A stretch of DNA of 61,153 bases, filler included, from Porpidia crustulata (Eukaryota), in the NCBI GenBank assembly GCA_964255105.1. It is 5 parts of 5 records of this genome, joined end to end, with 100 filler letters (N's around TTAATTAATTAA, not from the genome) between each part and the next. Parts side by side here need not be neighbours in the genome. Positions count along the whole stretch, not along the records: positions 1 to 12,183 come from CAXUWE010000562.1; 4 more parts are not named here. One strand, written 5' to 3'. Each line of letters begins with the position of its first letter. The stretch's first letter is position 1. The position numbers and the translations under genes were made by a program. Below the pieces are notes generated by a model, which saw only the letters and a list, made by a program, of their open reading frames with translations, did no database searches and had not been told where the DNA came from. This document shows positions 1-12,283 of the stretch, piece by piece.

Positions 1-960
1 GAAAAAAGTGGGGATATCCAACTCACTTGTTATTGCAGCAGGGGGATCTACTCTGGACTGGATTGTGGATTATAAGGTAAGGTAGTTGGTATGTTGGTGT
101 GTTAGTATATATTGGTTTTCTTGACTTTTACATTAAAGGGGGGGGGGTTGCAAGAAATAGATATCTACGACGTAATGAGCCGGAGTTACTTTCGTAGAAT
201 TGTAATATACTCGCAAAGACCTTATATAGACTTAGGATATCACTGATGTACTATGCCTCTACACTTTAGCTACCTCAAAATTTATGAACCAGTCACAAAG
301 CCCAAGTCAGCTGAGATCCAAAATCACATTCTCATCATATGGAACCGGATTTTTTTGCATCGAAGCAACTTTCATATTTTTTTGGGATTTTTCTATCTAT
401 ATTATTTTCGGAAACAGCAAAGCAAATCAAGCACAATACTAAGAAAAACGGCTCTTGACAGCCAAGCTCGATGCAAAGCCATTCCGGCTATGCTGCAAGA
501 GCTCGAAAGATTTTCTCCAATCTGTCCATCCACTGCTGAAGATTCAACGTGTAGGACAGCTGAGCTTCCTGATTGCTGTAATAAGCCAAGCAATTGCCAG
601 ACTGAAAGTATCACAGCTATCTTGCCCAGACCGACTGATTGACGTACAGGTACGAAAATTCGCTGGACGAATATTGAGAGGGTAGGCGTCCAGCACGAAA
701 GCGTAGGGAAGCCTCGACAGAAGAAATTATCGTAAATGAAAGATAAGCACACAGTGGAAAAGTCATTAGATCTGCCAAGATCTGACCCCACATATCAGGT
801 GCTTGGCTTGTTGATATGCAGGGTATCTAGATCAATTGGAGGCAAGAGTCTTGAATGTACGGTGCTGTACCTTGCAGCCGTGAAATGAGAAATCAAAGCT
901 CACAAATTGAAAGAAAAAGCCCCAGGACCACAAAAGTAGTTGGGCGTTATTTGTCTCATC

Positions 961-3900
961 TCAAATGTACCACATACCCCAGCGGATACCAGTGGCATTG
1001 AGCATTGGCATAAGCGGCGCGACCTCTGTGTCTTTGGGATCCGAGTTCGGAGTTGGATGTGACTTCTCCTTGACAATGGCATCTTGAGACTTATTCTCAT
1101 GTGCGGCAGCACGATTGGAAGCCAGATGAGCATAGTAAACAGCCGGAAACAGTGACACTGGAGTAGTTGCTCGGGCGTACTGGTAGGAGTGCTCGTAGAT
1201 CATAGTCTGCAATTCATTTGCACTCACTTTTGCGTCATCCATCAGAACGTGATAGTGCGTAGGACGAGCCGTGCCTTGGATTGCGGCATGTGAGCAGAGG
1301 TAGAAGTCATACTCATTTGGGTGAGTGACGTCCTTTTCAACAAGCGTACCAGGGACTGGGTTGCCGTTACGATCTGCAGCTGGACCAGTTGGGAAAAAAC
1401 GAATGTGATGGCGCTTTTCGCAAACTATGACAGTAAAGTCGCAGTGGTAGGTCTTGTCCATCTCAGTCAGGCTATAGAGAAGTTGCTGAATATCAGCGAC
1501 CTCACTCTTCAGAACTGCCTGGTATTGTCCTTCAGATACACCGTCGCGGAAGTAGTAAATATGTTGAGGCATACGACCACCGCCAATATTCTCAGCCCAT
1601 CGTAGCAACATAGGACGAAGCATATCTTCGAGATTTCGTGTAGCTATCATCTCTGCTCGGTGTCCGTTGGTTTCACAAGCGGCAGCGTAGCGTGTACAGG
1701 TAGCATCCATTGAAACAGTCATAGCAGCCATGGATGGAGCCAAGCTTCCAGGAGCTCCATGGGAAACATCGGCACCAATTATCATGGTACGCCTAGTAAA
1801 GTGGCCAGTGGGACTGAGCAATTTGACACGGCAGGTAGTACCGCCAAGTTTTGCATTGAATTTCATGCATACGTTAGAATGGTATTGCGCCTGATTCTTC
1901 AAGACGTTTCCACCCAGGATACACTGTGACATTACTCCATAGCGGCAGTCGCAATTTTTCTTGATACGCTTGTACACGTCTGCGGCCCTATTCGGTAGTA
2001 TGAACATAAGGATCTGAGGTCGGAGCGACGCTTGATTACCGGCGCCATGCCAGCATTTCTCCACAGCCTGAGCAATATCTGGAACGCCACCCTGGATATA
2101 GGGCTTGACATTTGTAACCGTACCACCATGACCACGATAGATCTTGACAAAGTGATCAATAAAAGCTTGAAGGGCCTGCTGGTTCGGGCCCTTTCCAATC
2201 ACGCAAACACCCCATGAAGTAAGTGCATGGGGATTGCCCTTCAAAAAAACCTTACCCCTCAAGTCCCAACGACCCGAGTACTTAGGCTCAGCGGATTCGT
2301 TTTTACCATAAAGCACGGCAGGAGGATTCAAAACTCGAGCATCAGTCTTTAGCATCTTGGGATCGATCTTCAACCCATAGTCCAAGAGATACGGATCTTG
2401 CTGCCAGTTGAGAAGGTCCAGGCCGTATTGAATGTGTTTCTTACGCTGATCAGGCTTCGTAACAGCAAATTTGATCATCTTGGAAGTTTGATCGTCAGTG
2501 AGCTTGTAAGGATAACGCTGGCTAGGGGCCATGAAGCAAAGTTCCATTGGATACACCACACCTCTCCTGGTCGTCTCGACAAGGGGCGCATCAGGATACT
2601 CCAAATGGATATCGTATCGCCGCTGATAATAGTCGTAGATCGAAGTGTTGGGAATAACAGTATTAGTACTACGATCTCTGAGGTCAAACTTGTACTCCCT
2701 AGAGCTCATTCCCAAGATCTTGTGGGCCTTCCAAAGCTTTGTGGGGTTGGTGCATCCGCGATGCCTCACGTAGAATTCGTTCTTTGCAAGACGCTTGACT
2801 TGCTTGAACTGCGGTGAATCCCGTACTCCAGCATACATACTGGTGGTTGGCTTGCACATAGTACCCACCATTGCTACATCGGTGGTCTGGGCTACCTGGT
2901 GAGCAAGCATCATGAAGGAAGTCTCATGCCAGAAACAGGTGTTTGACACGTCAACATTGATCACCAATTTTTTGCCCTGGAGGAATTGTTAGTAAGGATT
3001 GATCAAGCTGAGAGGGACTATAATACCTGGGCTGCACGAAGAGACTGATAGACTCCTTTCATGGCCTCGACGCCACCATTCAGTAGCATACGATCTCCAG
3101 GCTCACGGGCAAAGTAGGAACGCTTGATATTGATAAGGTTTTTCGACGGAGTCTCTCGGAGAAGATGGTCTAGAAAATTGATAGCTTCCAAAACAGTAGT
3201 GTCAAATTGATACCTGCCATCCAAGTATGACTGAAGGACTTGGAGATTAATCTTGCTAGTTCGGCGGATTTTCACACGATGTATGTTGCTATGGCCCTCA
3301 CGTGGTGTGATACCACGGTCAGCATCAAGATCGACTTGTCGATCAATCACGTTGTCTCCGAAATCCTTCATGGACCTTTACCTGGTTAGATTCGAATATT
3401 GCAGGAAGAGCTTATCTATAGTGAGGGACCAATAATTACCAAGCGAGTTTGTTCCCATCAAATAGCCATTTGAACTCATTGGCGCCAATTCCGTTTTGGA
3501 GGGTATTGGAGTTCCAGACAGCTTTGATCAGCGCACGCTTCTCTGCGCCGCTTCCGATTGTGATCTAATGATGCAAGATTAGTCGATAAATTTCCTTCGG
3601 CTTGTGCTCCACATGTTTACTCACATCATATTGGTAAACGGTCTTTGTTGGAAAGTCCAGAACTTTATGGGAATTAATTGCAACCTGCGCTGGCCTGCCT
3701 GCGGTACTAAAGCCGGGACGTGGCATCAACACAGTCGGCATCTTCATAGCATATTGATTATAGTCAGTAATTTTCTGACGTAAAGGCATAATAGGTGTCC
3801 CATCTCTGAGCTTCAGATAGAAAGGATCCTTTTTCATCTGGGCCCGCTCTGCATCTGTGTATGCCGTGAACGCCGGATCCAGACCCGGAAGGTCTGCATT

Positions 3901-4962
3901 GTCATTCTCGTGGGCTTTACGATACATTTTGGGCTCGATATCAAAGTGGAAATAAATTCAGAAAGTAAGAAGAGGCAAGGACCCAAAATATCTAGAGCAA
4001 TCTGGATAGAATTGTGCCAAGGACTGGCTACAATTTTGAAGATATCGGCCAGCGCTGTGCAATTGATGTATTACAGGAGGCTGGTTATCGAAGGAGAATG
4101 CCAAGAGTGGAAGGCCAGAGGCCAAAGCGTAAATAGTATGTTGAACTAGATAGTAGTGTAAGATGTGTGGGCAGTGGGGGAGATGATGGTAGGAAGAAGG
4201 ATTTGTACCAAAATATTAGGAGTATAAATACCCCTTGATGAACAAAATGCTAGTGACTTTTGGATGAACAGAAATCGTGGGAAGCATGGATGAATGGACA
4301 AGACAATAGGAACATGAAGAACAGTACCAAATAAAAGGCGTGAATATTAGGGGAATAGCTGGGATGATGGAGGGAGCGAATCAACAGTGAACTCCACTGC
4401 CATACGGCTAATGTGCGATTCATTGCAACCAAAACTAGGCTTCTGCCGATCTTGGATGCGGGAGGGTGGAGCAACTCCAATCAATCTCAAACGTGGCTTT
4501 GCTGGAGTGGTGCAGACGATGCTTATATAGAACAAAGGAAGGAAAAGGTAGGTTATGCCTAACGTGGGGGATATTGAAGTCTCGTAACGTTGCAAAATCA
4601 AGGCTTACCGTAGAGTACAGATTATACGCATTTCCAGCCCAATCCACGTTGCGATTAATCACTGGGACTGGCCGAGCCGGATCTGTCAATGGCACACGAC
4701 CGGTAGCGGAGTGATGTGAGGAGCCTCGGGCGGAGGGCGCTACAGCTGATGGCGGACCATTGGAAGGCGTACGGCCACGGCTTGGAGTCGGTGGGCCGCC
4801 ACCAGATCCAGGGCCGCGACTGCGCGGAGGATCAGAGGGACCATCGTAAGTAGCTAGGCCACCCTGAACCGCAGCAGAAGAGACCCCGATGGTAGGATTA
4901 CGACTGGTGGCATTACCAGCCTGCCTGTCACGCTTGGCGCGCTTGGAGCCTGCGCCTGCCAT
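961..4962 (-). CDS. Argonaute (PAZ-MID-PIWI), probably SMS-2/Ago1-like clade; ~986 aa; exons 4962-4609, 3741-3625, 3564-3440, 3375-3027, 2976-961
   Basis: PIWI motifs IIGADVSH, YFRDGVSE, CEKRHH, QGTARPTHY, VYYAHLAS and C-terminal MWYI; N-domain FDGNKLAWS. GT-AG junctions keep the frame. Clade assignment is an inference. Confidence 0.95.
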
Positions 4963-6678
4963 TTGTTGGGCTTAGGTTCTAGAGGCAGGTCAAATGACGA
5001 ATTAGCAGGCATTTTGGTGTTTATGAGAAACAATAATCGGGGAGAAGGTGAGGGGATAATTTGAGAAGGAGAGAAGAAGGTGAGCCCAAGATTGACTTTG
5101 GAGGAGCGTGGCACTTATAAAGCTGTAAATTTTGCTGGGAGTGCACTCACTGCTATCTATGCACAAGTCGGAGATGTGCCTCTTGATGAAGTAAGCTTGA
5201 CTGCTGCGATCAGCTAGAACGTACAATGACTTGCGGTGAAATGAAGTATGAAGTGACAAATTTTTATGGTCAGCGTACTCTGGCGAGTGCGAGTACGACG
5301 ACGTTATGATTGAAGTAACGTTGACTTGATGACAATAGCCACCGGTACCAATGAAGGCAAGAAGAAGTTGAATGAGAGGTGTAACTTGAGGAATGTGAGA
5401 TGAAGGATGGACTGTCGAATATGGTATTGAAGGTTGAATCAGGAATGATGTAGGAAGGAAAGAGGATTGAGGGTGGACGACGGTAATAGGAAATGCAAAA
5501 TGAAAATTCACTTCGTGTTGGAGGGACGAAGTGTCGATGCCAGCGCAATAGAAAAAGAGATTGCCAATCGGAGGATGTAATGTATCGAGAGTTCAATAAG
5601 GTATTGAGGGTATGTAAGGTGAAGGTAGGTAGTAAGGTGGGTAGGTCGGGGTATAATAGGAAGCATCACCAGATGAATGTGAAGGAAATATCAACAACGC
5701 TAGAAAACTAGCGCCTTATTCACTTCCTTTCAGACGTGCACTGAAATTAGAGACGAGAACCACAGACGCAGCCTTTTGTGGTCATTTCTACGAGCATTGG
5801 AAGGAGAGATGGATGTCGTGGGTGTTCCGTGTGGGTTATTACTTGTCAAACAAGGAAAAGAAAGAGAGGGAACGTCTATAAATGACGGGAAGAAATCATC
5901 CCTGTCAGTCTCGTCACGCTCATTACCCACTACAATCAGCGACGGACGCCATTCTCTACAATCAATACATATGGCAAGATGGACAAAAGAGCTCGGAAAT
6001 ATGCCTACAGGTGGATATCAGATCATATAGAACATCTAAAGTAGGTGAGGAATTGGTAGGTGTTGGTGTGGCTTGGGAGCGATATCAAAGGCGTGCACTA
6101 TGCCGTCGTATTGATATGAATACTCCCAGACATCAGCGTCTATCTACCTACCTGTATTGTATCATTGAATGAGGAAGGCATCGTAGCACGCGGCTCTCTT
6201 ATAAGGCGTGCTGTAGCGTAAAGTCCCATACAGTAGTAAGGCTGCAGAGAATGGCTGTTTGTGTAATTGTTCACATTGCAAGAGGAACGAGTGCGACCGC
6301 AGGAATAGTCAGATTCTGCCCTGAGCACTACACCATTGACGTGGGGCTTAGAGAGATCAAAAAGCCGTTTCTACAGAATCTAGGTCGCAAAAACTGAGTA
6401 GCAATACATTCCAAAGCGCCAGTGAAAGTTCCCCATCCCTCTTGACCAACGCCCCGTCAAGTCCTGCCAGACTTATATGCAATGCTGCCATACGCCGACC
6501 GCCCGGAATCCCTTGTGATGACAAGACTGGACGGCATTTTCCTCTTCTCTGTACGCCAAAGAGTCGCTTTTCATGCTTTTCGCAGTATAGTCCATCGCAT
6601 GCTAGAAGAGAAGTCGCTTATAAAGATCCACGTTGTACGTTCCGTATCCAGCAGACGACTCGGTCCGGATTGCTAAGT

Positions 6679-9600
6679 TTATCGGTTGTAGAGATATGGC
6701 CCTGTGAAAATCGTTAACGTCTGTAATCCTTAGAGCTCTGCTGAAGCTGGTATGCAAGCTCATTGGAGCGAGCAGCTGGCAGACTTCCAGGCTATTGCGA
6801 GGGGAAATTAGGCAGGAAAGATGACATAGCGGCCATATTCTGGTTTGGGTGGTGAGCATGCAACAGAGCGTGATCTTGAGGCCCGACTTGAATATAACCA
6901 TGCTCAATCTGAGTGCTAGGAGCTCCCTCACTCTTTCCGCGATCCCAAAAAGATGATGCATAAGGCTCAGTATGAGAAGAACGACCAGAAGATGAGAGGA
7001 AATTGGAATACCCACCATTATATTGCCCCAGTGGCATTTGAGGCATCTGATGCATCTGTGGCATTAGTGGCCGCGGCGGTATTGAAGAGACTTGTGGCAC
7101 CTGTGGTGTCTGAGGTATACCATGCATTCCCTGCATTGGTTGTGCACCCATTGTGATCGGTGGTCGTGATAATTGGCTTACCGAACTCGGAATATTCGTT
7201 TCGCGGATCAACCTAACCATTTCTTCGGCCTTGAATTTCGTGGCATGATAAGTCTCGGCCTTGGGGATAATACTGAGGAGGAAGAGTACGTCACGTGGAA
7301 TAGGGGGTGGAGGAGGGGCTTGGGGTAGCGAATGGCTCTCAAACTGGGATATCTCATGAGGTTGCCGATTCCGCTTCTGTTGATCGAGCCGACGCCCTGC
7401 TGCACCCTTGAGAGGCGATTCCCCCCTGGCAAGCTTACGAGGACGGCCGCCTTCGTTATCCGATTCTTCTAGTGGTAGAGGGCGTTTCGGTGAATTGCTC
7501 GGTAAGTAACGGTTTGGTGGTGTATCTCGAGAGACTGGGGCCTCGATACTTGGCAGAGTTTTAGGCCTGGCTTGCGTTGCTGGCGACACTATAGGTCGAA
7601 TTGCTGTTGGGTCAAACATTTGCTGCACGAAACGCTGGGAAAACAGATGCAGCCTCTGGTCCTCGGGGAAGAGATCGCTCATTCGCTTTTCAAGTTTGGT
7701 GATTTGAGTCAGCTCGCCATAGCGAGACTCGAAATCGTGGAAGAAGGCATAAAGTGGCTTCGCCCGTGCCACGGTCTCCGGCTTTTGACCCAGTCTATTA
7801 ACAACAGTCTCAAAGACCACTCGTGCGTCTGAGCTTATGTCAGTACAAGACGAGTAGGTTGGGAATTTGAAGAGAGATTCTTACTGGTATGGTCATTATT
7901 TGCTATCAGATGTCTGATATACTCTAGAGCAAACCCCTCATCCTCGGGAAATAGCTTTAACCCACGCTCGAATATCTTCTTCGTAGCTTCCGGCTCGTAG
8001 CAGTGGAACTCAATCAAGGCGCTCGCCACATACACATCACTTGTAATTCGACCTCTCTTACGAGCATCGGTAAAGATCTGCCTCGAGCCACCGATAAGGT
8101 CCCCAACTTTTCCCTTGCCTTGGATTCGGCGCATTGCACGCATCAAAGCAATCCAAACGTAAGAGATGGTCCTAGTAAGCAGGCGGACTTGTACGGCATT
8201 GACGTTTTTGACTGCTTCAATCTGTGCAGACTTGCGCTTCTCTTTATTCTCAGATTCCTCATCCAATTGGTCTTCATCATTATCATTCCCCTGCGCTGCG
8301 TCTATATTTTGCTCACCATTGGCAACGAATTGAGCCTCAATGCGAGCGACATCCTGGGCTTCACGATCCTTAGCCTTTATGATCAGGTCATAGAGCGCAT
8401 CTAGCACTTTGTCGTAGGATGCTCGAACTGCAGCACCACGACGTTTAGCACTCTCGTCACCTTCTTCATTAGCTGTGGTAAGTTCTATACGATCTGCTTG
8501 CTTGAACGCTAGCAGGCAGCTCTCAGGATTGGCGACAATGCCTTGGGTGAGAAATTCATTGCCAACATCTGCCAGATCGTTGAGGAAACAAAAATCAGCA
8601 GCGTCAAACCACAGTTCAGGCCAAAATCTCATTGCCATCAACGCTTGTCTGTACACAAAGACAATTCGAGCTCTATATGCAGATACATCGTCATGCTTGA
8701 GAACAAGAGGATCATCCTTCTCCCATTGAATCCACCGCTTCCATGTGTCGAGTTGCTCCATGTACTCGATATCGCCGTCGAATCCTAGTGCAGGCGGTAA
8801 AACAGGCAGTGTTGTCCGACGTAATCCGCGCGAAATATTTTGAAGACCTATGTACGAGCTTCTCGCCGTCATGTACGCGGGTGACTGATCCTGAAGGAAT
8901 TTTCGTCCCTATACACAGCTCAGTATACGTGAGCTTGACCCTTGATCTAGCAACTTACGGTCATCTTGTTTAAGCCCATCTCAAAGCCATCGTACTCTTT
9001 CCAAAGTATGTTTGTGGATTGCGTTGGAACGCATATTGCTCGTTGATACGTCTTTCGGAGCAAGTCCATTTTCTGTTGATCTTGCCAATTACTACCACCG
9101 ATCGTCCCGGGACCAGACCTGATAAATTGTACATAGTCCTGCCAAAGCTTGCCAGACTCCTTATCCAGACCCACGCGCTGTAGGGCGAAGTCATAGGCTT
9201 GGTGTATTACCTGCCGGGCTTCACCAGATGCATCGGTAGTGGTATTGTGGTGGCGACGAACATGATCGATGTACATTGACCATAATTGAAGGTTTGGTAT
9301 TCCCATCAAAGTTCTCGAGAATATCTTCTCCATTTCATCTCGATTCCCCGCTTCGTTCTCCATCTGGGCATATGCAACCCATTGTTCAGCCTGCGGAAGC
9401 AATCAGAAAGCTGAGGCCATGTAGTGGACTAAGTCAGGATCTCACCGCTTGTGGAAACACCTTGAAAAGTCGCTCATAAACGCTTCGGGCTTCATTAATC
9501 TTGCCTCGCTTTTTGTGCTCACCAATCAAGCTAAGCCAAGCATCCAAGTCACCTCTCGGGTCTTGTTTGACCCTGTCTTCGAGTATACCAATTTTGTCGT

Positions 9601-10369
9601 GCGGTAATCGCGCTCTAGGAGCAGACACTTGGGGAAGGGGTTTTGGTGTTGCAGCTGGCTCTGTCTGTGTTAGATGTGGCACCGATAGGGTCTCTGAAGG
9701 CAAGGCTGTAGGGAGATTGTCAGATGAAGCGCCATTGTTAGGGGAGACAGCAGTAAGGTCAGGAACAGATTGAGAAATGCCATTCATGACACGTTCTGTT
9801 GGCGGTTGATCTTTCACATCATTTTGAATTGATATATCTGTTGCAGACAACTGTTTGAGAGAAGCATCCGAAAGAGAATGAGACACAATCGAGTGAGTAG
9901 TGCTGCCGTTCAACCCCAAATCACCATTGCTGATTGGCCTCAATGCTTCCCTACCATGGTCCTCGCTGTCGGCATTGTACGCGTCACCATTTGCGGGCGC
10001 TTCGGGTGTCGTCGCATTGATAGTGGGAGAATCGACTTTCGAGGTTGAGGAATCTTGAGTATCTGATGTGAGGATCCCAGGAGGACTTGCTTTTGCTGGA
10101 TCTTGGTCGAAGGCTAAAGCTAGTTGTTGCGGCGTACTGCCACGTGATGGCTGTGACACATTTCCAGTAACAGTAGATGACAGGTCATTAGAAATGAGAT
10201 AGGCTTCATGAGAGGTAGAAACTGCTTGCACTGCTTGAGCGGGGTCATATTCATCAGAGGAAGAATCTGGCTGTTGTTCACTAGCTATATCCATCGCTCC
10301 ATAGTTGCCTGAGGCCTCATTTGCCATCTGCATTGAGCGCAGAAATGCTGCCTCCGCATCATCTGCCAT
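6679..10369 (-). CDS. RNA14: mRNA 3'-end processing factor Rna14/CstF-77 (HAT repeats); exons 10369-9446, 9390-8959, 8908-7885, 7828-7016, 6701-6679 (or read-through to 6792 if the last intron is retained)
   Basis: HAT-repeat motifs (DPRGDLDAWLSL, QLWSMYIDHVRR, KIFERGLKLFPED, FESRYGEL); phase-consistent GT-AG introns. The terminal micro-exon is less certain. Confidence 0.93.
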
Positions 10370-10934
10370 GATGGCGACCTTGTCACCCTAAGGTGCAATA
10401 GGTTTTATCGAGATCGTGATCCTGCTCCACTGTACATCCGCTCAAATGACTAAATGTTATCGGGGGTTCGTTTACCAACGGCGCGTCAGGGCGAAGCTGA
10501 AGAAGTCGGTACTGAAATGTATGAGGCGTAAGTAGGGTTCAATCTCGGACTGAAGGTAGACTTAAGTGTTGCGAGATGCGATAGTTTCATAAGAAAGGAA
10601 GAAAAAATGAGGGAATGATGGCTAGCTTAAAGGCGCAGAATTACATAAGCGCGAGGAATGCGTGGATCACATGGCGCTACTCTTAACACGTCTTAGTGTG
10701 TCATGAAACCACTTCACGCACTCAACACGTCCAAACGCGAGATTTTGTGTTGGCGCCTTATCTACTTTACTCTCAGGCCACTCGCATACTCGCATACTCG
10801 CACACTGAGGTCTACATGCTTTAACACGATCAGCAATCCAAACTTATGACCATTGTTTGAGCAACACCATTGTGCGGCTACAAAATTACTAGATACTCCA
10901 TTCTACCCTTCCCTAAGACTACCCTACTGCGAAC

Positions 10935-11985
10935 ATGTCGGTCGTCTCTTTGCTAGGCGTAAAGGTTTTGAATAATCCAGCACCTTTCAGCGCATCATAT
11001 CAATTTGAGATTACCTTCGAGTGTTTGGAGCCGCTACAAAAAGGTACGAATGGTTTTATCTAACATTTAGAGAGAACATGGGCCTCTAATATTCGATTCT
11101 AGATCTTGAGTGGAAGCTCACCTATGTTGGATCTGCCACATCGTATGACCCGCAAAATGCTATTTGGCCAACCTGGCTCATCTGCTGAAGGGCTTTAGAT
11201 CTGAGCATGACCAAGAGCTTGACTCGCTTCTCGTGGGGCCCATTCCCGTTGGTGTGAACAAGTTCATCTTCGAAGCCGATTCCCCGAATCTCAAACGCAT
11301 TCCCACCTCGGAAATCCTTGGCGTCACAGTCATCTTGCTTACATGCAGCTATGACAATAGAGAGTTCGTGCGTGTCGGATACTACGTCAATAATGAGTAC
11401 GACTCGGAAGAGCTCAACGCCGAGCCACCTGCGAAGCCGGTAATCGAGCGCGTCAGAAGAAACGTACTAGCGGAAAAGCCCAGGGTCACACGATTCGCTA
11501 TCAAATGGTATTTGCTCATATGCCCTTTCTTTCGCCATACAGGACTAAGCTTCAGCAGGGACACTGAGGATTCCGCGCCCGCCGAATTCCCCCCCGAGCA
11601 GCCCGAAGCCGACGTAGTCGAAGACGACGGTGCAACATACGGCGCCGAAGAGGAAGAACTAGAGCCGGACGACGAAGCACAGGCAGCAGACGCAGAAACC
11701 AAGGTCGACAACGAAGACGAAGAAATGGCCGGTGCGGACGACACCGCCGGCCCACCCGCCACTCCAGCAATCAAGGCAGAAGAAGAGGAATCCGACGCCG
11801 GCAGCGAGGACCTCGAAGCCGAGAGTAGCGGCAGCGAAGACGAGGAGATTGACGAGGAGGAGGCGGAAGTCGACGGCGACGAGGACATGGAAATGGCCGA
11901 TGACGGCGAGCATGCGCCCGAATCGAGCGCGGCCAAAGAGAAACCCATGGGCCAGCAGCCGCAGGGCGAGATCATGGTACACTAG
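10935..11985 (+). CDS. ASF1: Histone chaperone Asf1; exons 10935-11043, 11103-11142, 11199-11507, 11559-11985
   Basis: [18 protein letters not shown]...[12 protein letters not shown]...[24 protein letters not shown]...[13 protein letters not shown]...[12 protein letters not shown], followed by an acidic tail. Confidence 0.97.
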
Positions 11986-12183
11986 ACGCAGCGACCGCGA
12001 AGCTCCTGCTGGCTGTTTGTGTGCTCAATGGCCTCGTTGATTCCCAAGGCGTTCTGGCGCATAGGGATTGGGAAATGAATGGTTTAGGAAAGCACGGCAG
12101 TAATTAGCTACATATCATACAACCTAACATAGACAATCGAAATCAACCTTCAATCATACAATCCCCCGTTCCTTCTTCACCCC

Positions 12184-12283
12184 NNNNNNNNNNNNNNNNN
12201 NNNNNNNNNNNNNNNNNNNNNNNNNNNTTAATTAATTAANNNNNNNNNNNNNNNNNNNNNNNNNNNNNNNNNNNNNNNNNNNN
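12184..12283. other. Artificial contig linker N44-TTAATTAATTAA-N44
   Basis: Fixed 100-nt spacer with a core giving stops in all six frames; identical at four places. Confidence 0.98.

Noticed and set aside
253..791. 129-aa ORFs and possible transposon end at the contig start
   Set aside because: No family motifs or terminal repeats that I can support.
3376..3390. CTAACCAG|GTAAAG as a recursive or twin splice site in Argonaute intron 3 (similar at 38698 and 40894)
   Set aside because: The first AG is too close to the branch point; skipping it for the next AG is ordinary in fungal introns.
11382..12040. Antisense and alternative-frame ORFs over ASF1
   Set aside because: Shadow ORFs of the low-complexity acidic tail.
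12228..12239. TTAATTAATTAA as a piggyBac target site or repeat element with ~12.2-kb periodicity
   Set aside because: Centred in fixed-length N runs; a synthetic six-frame-stop linker.
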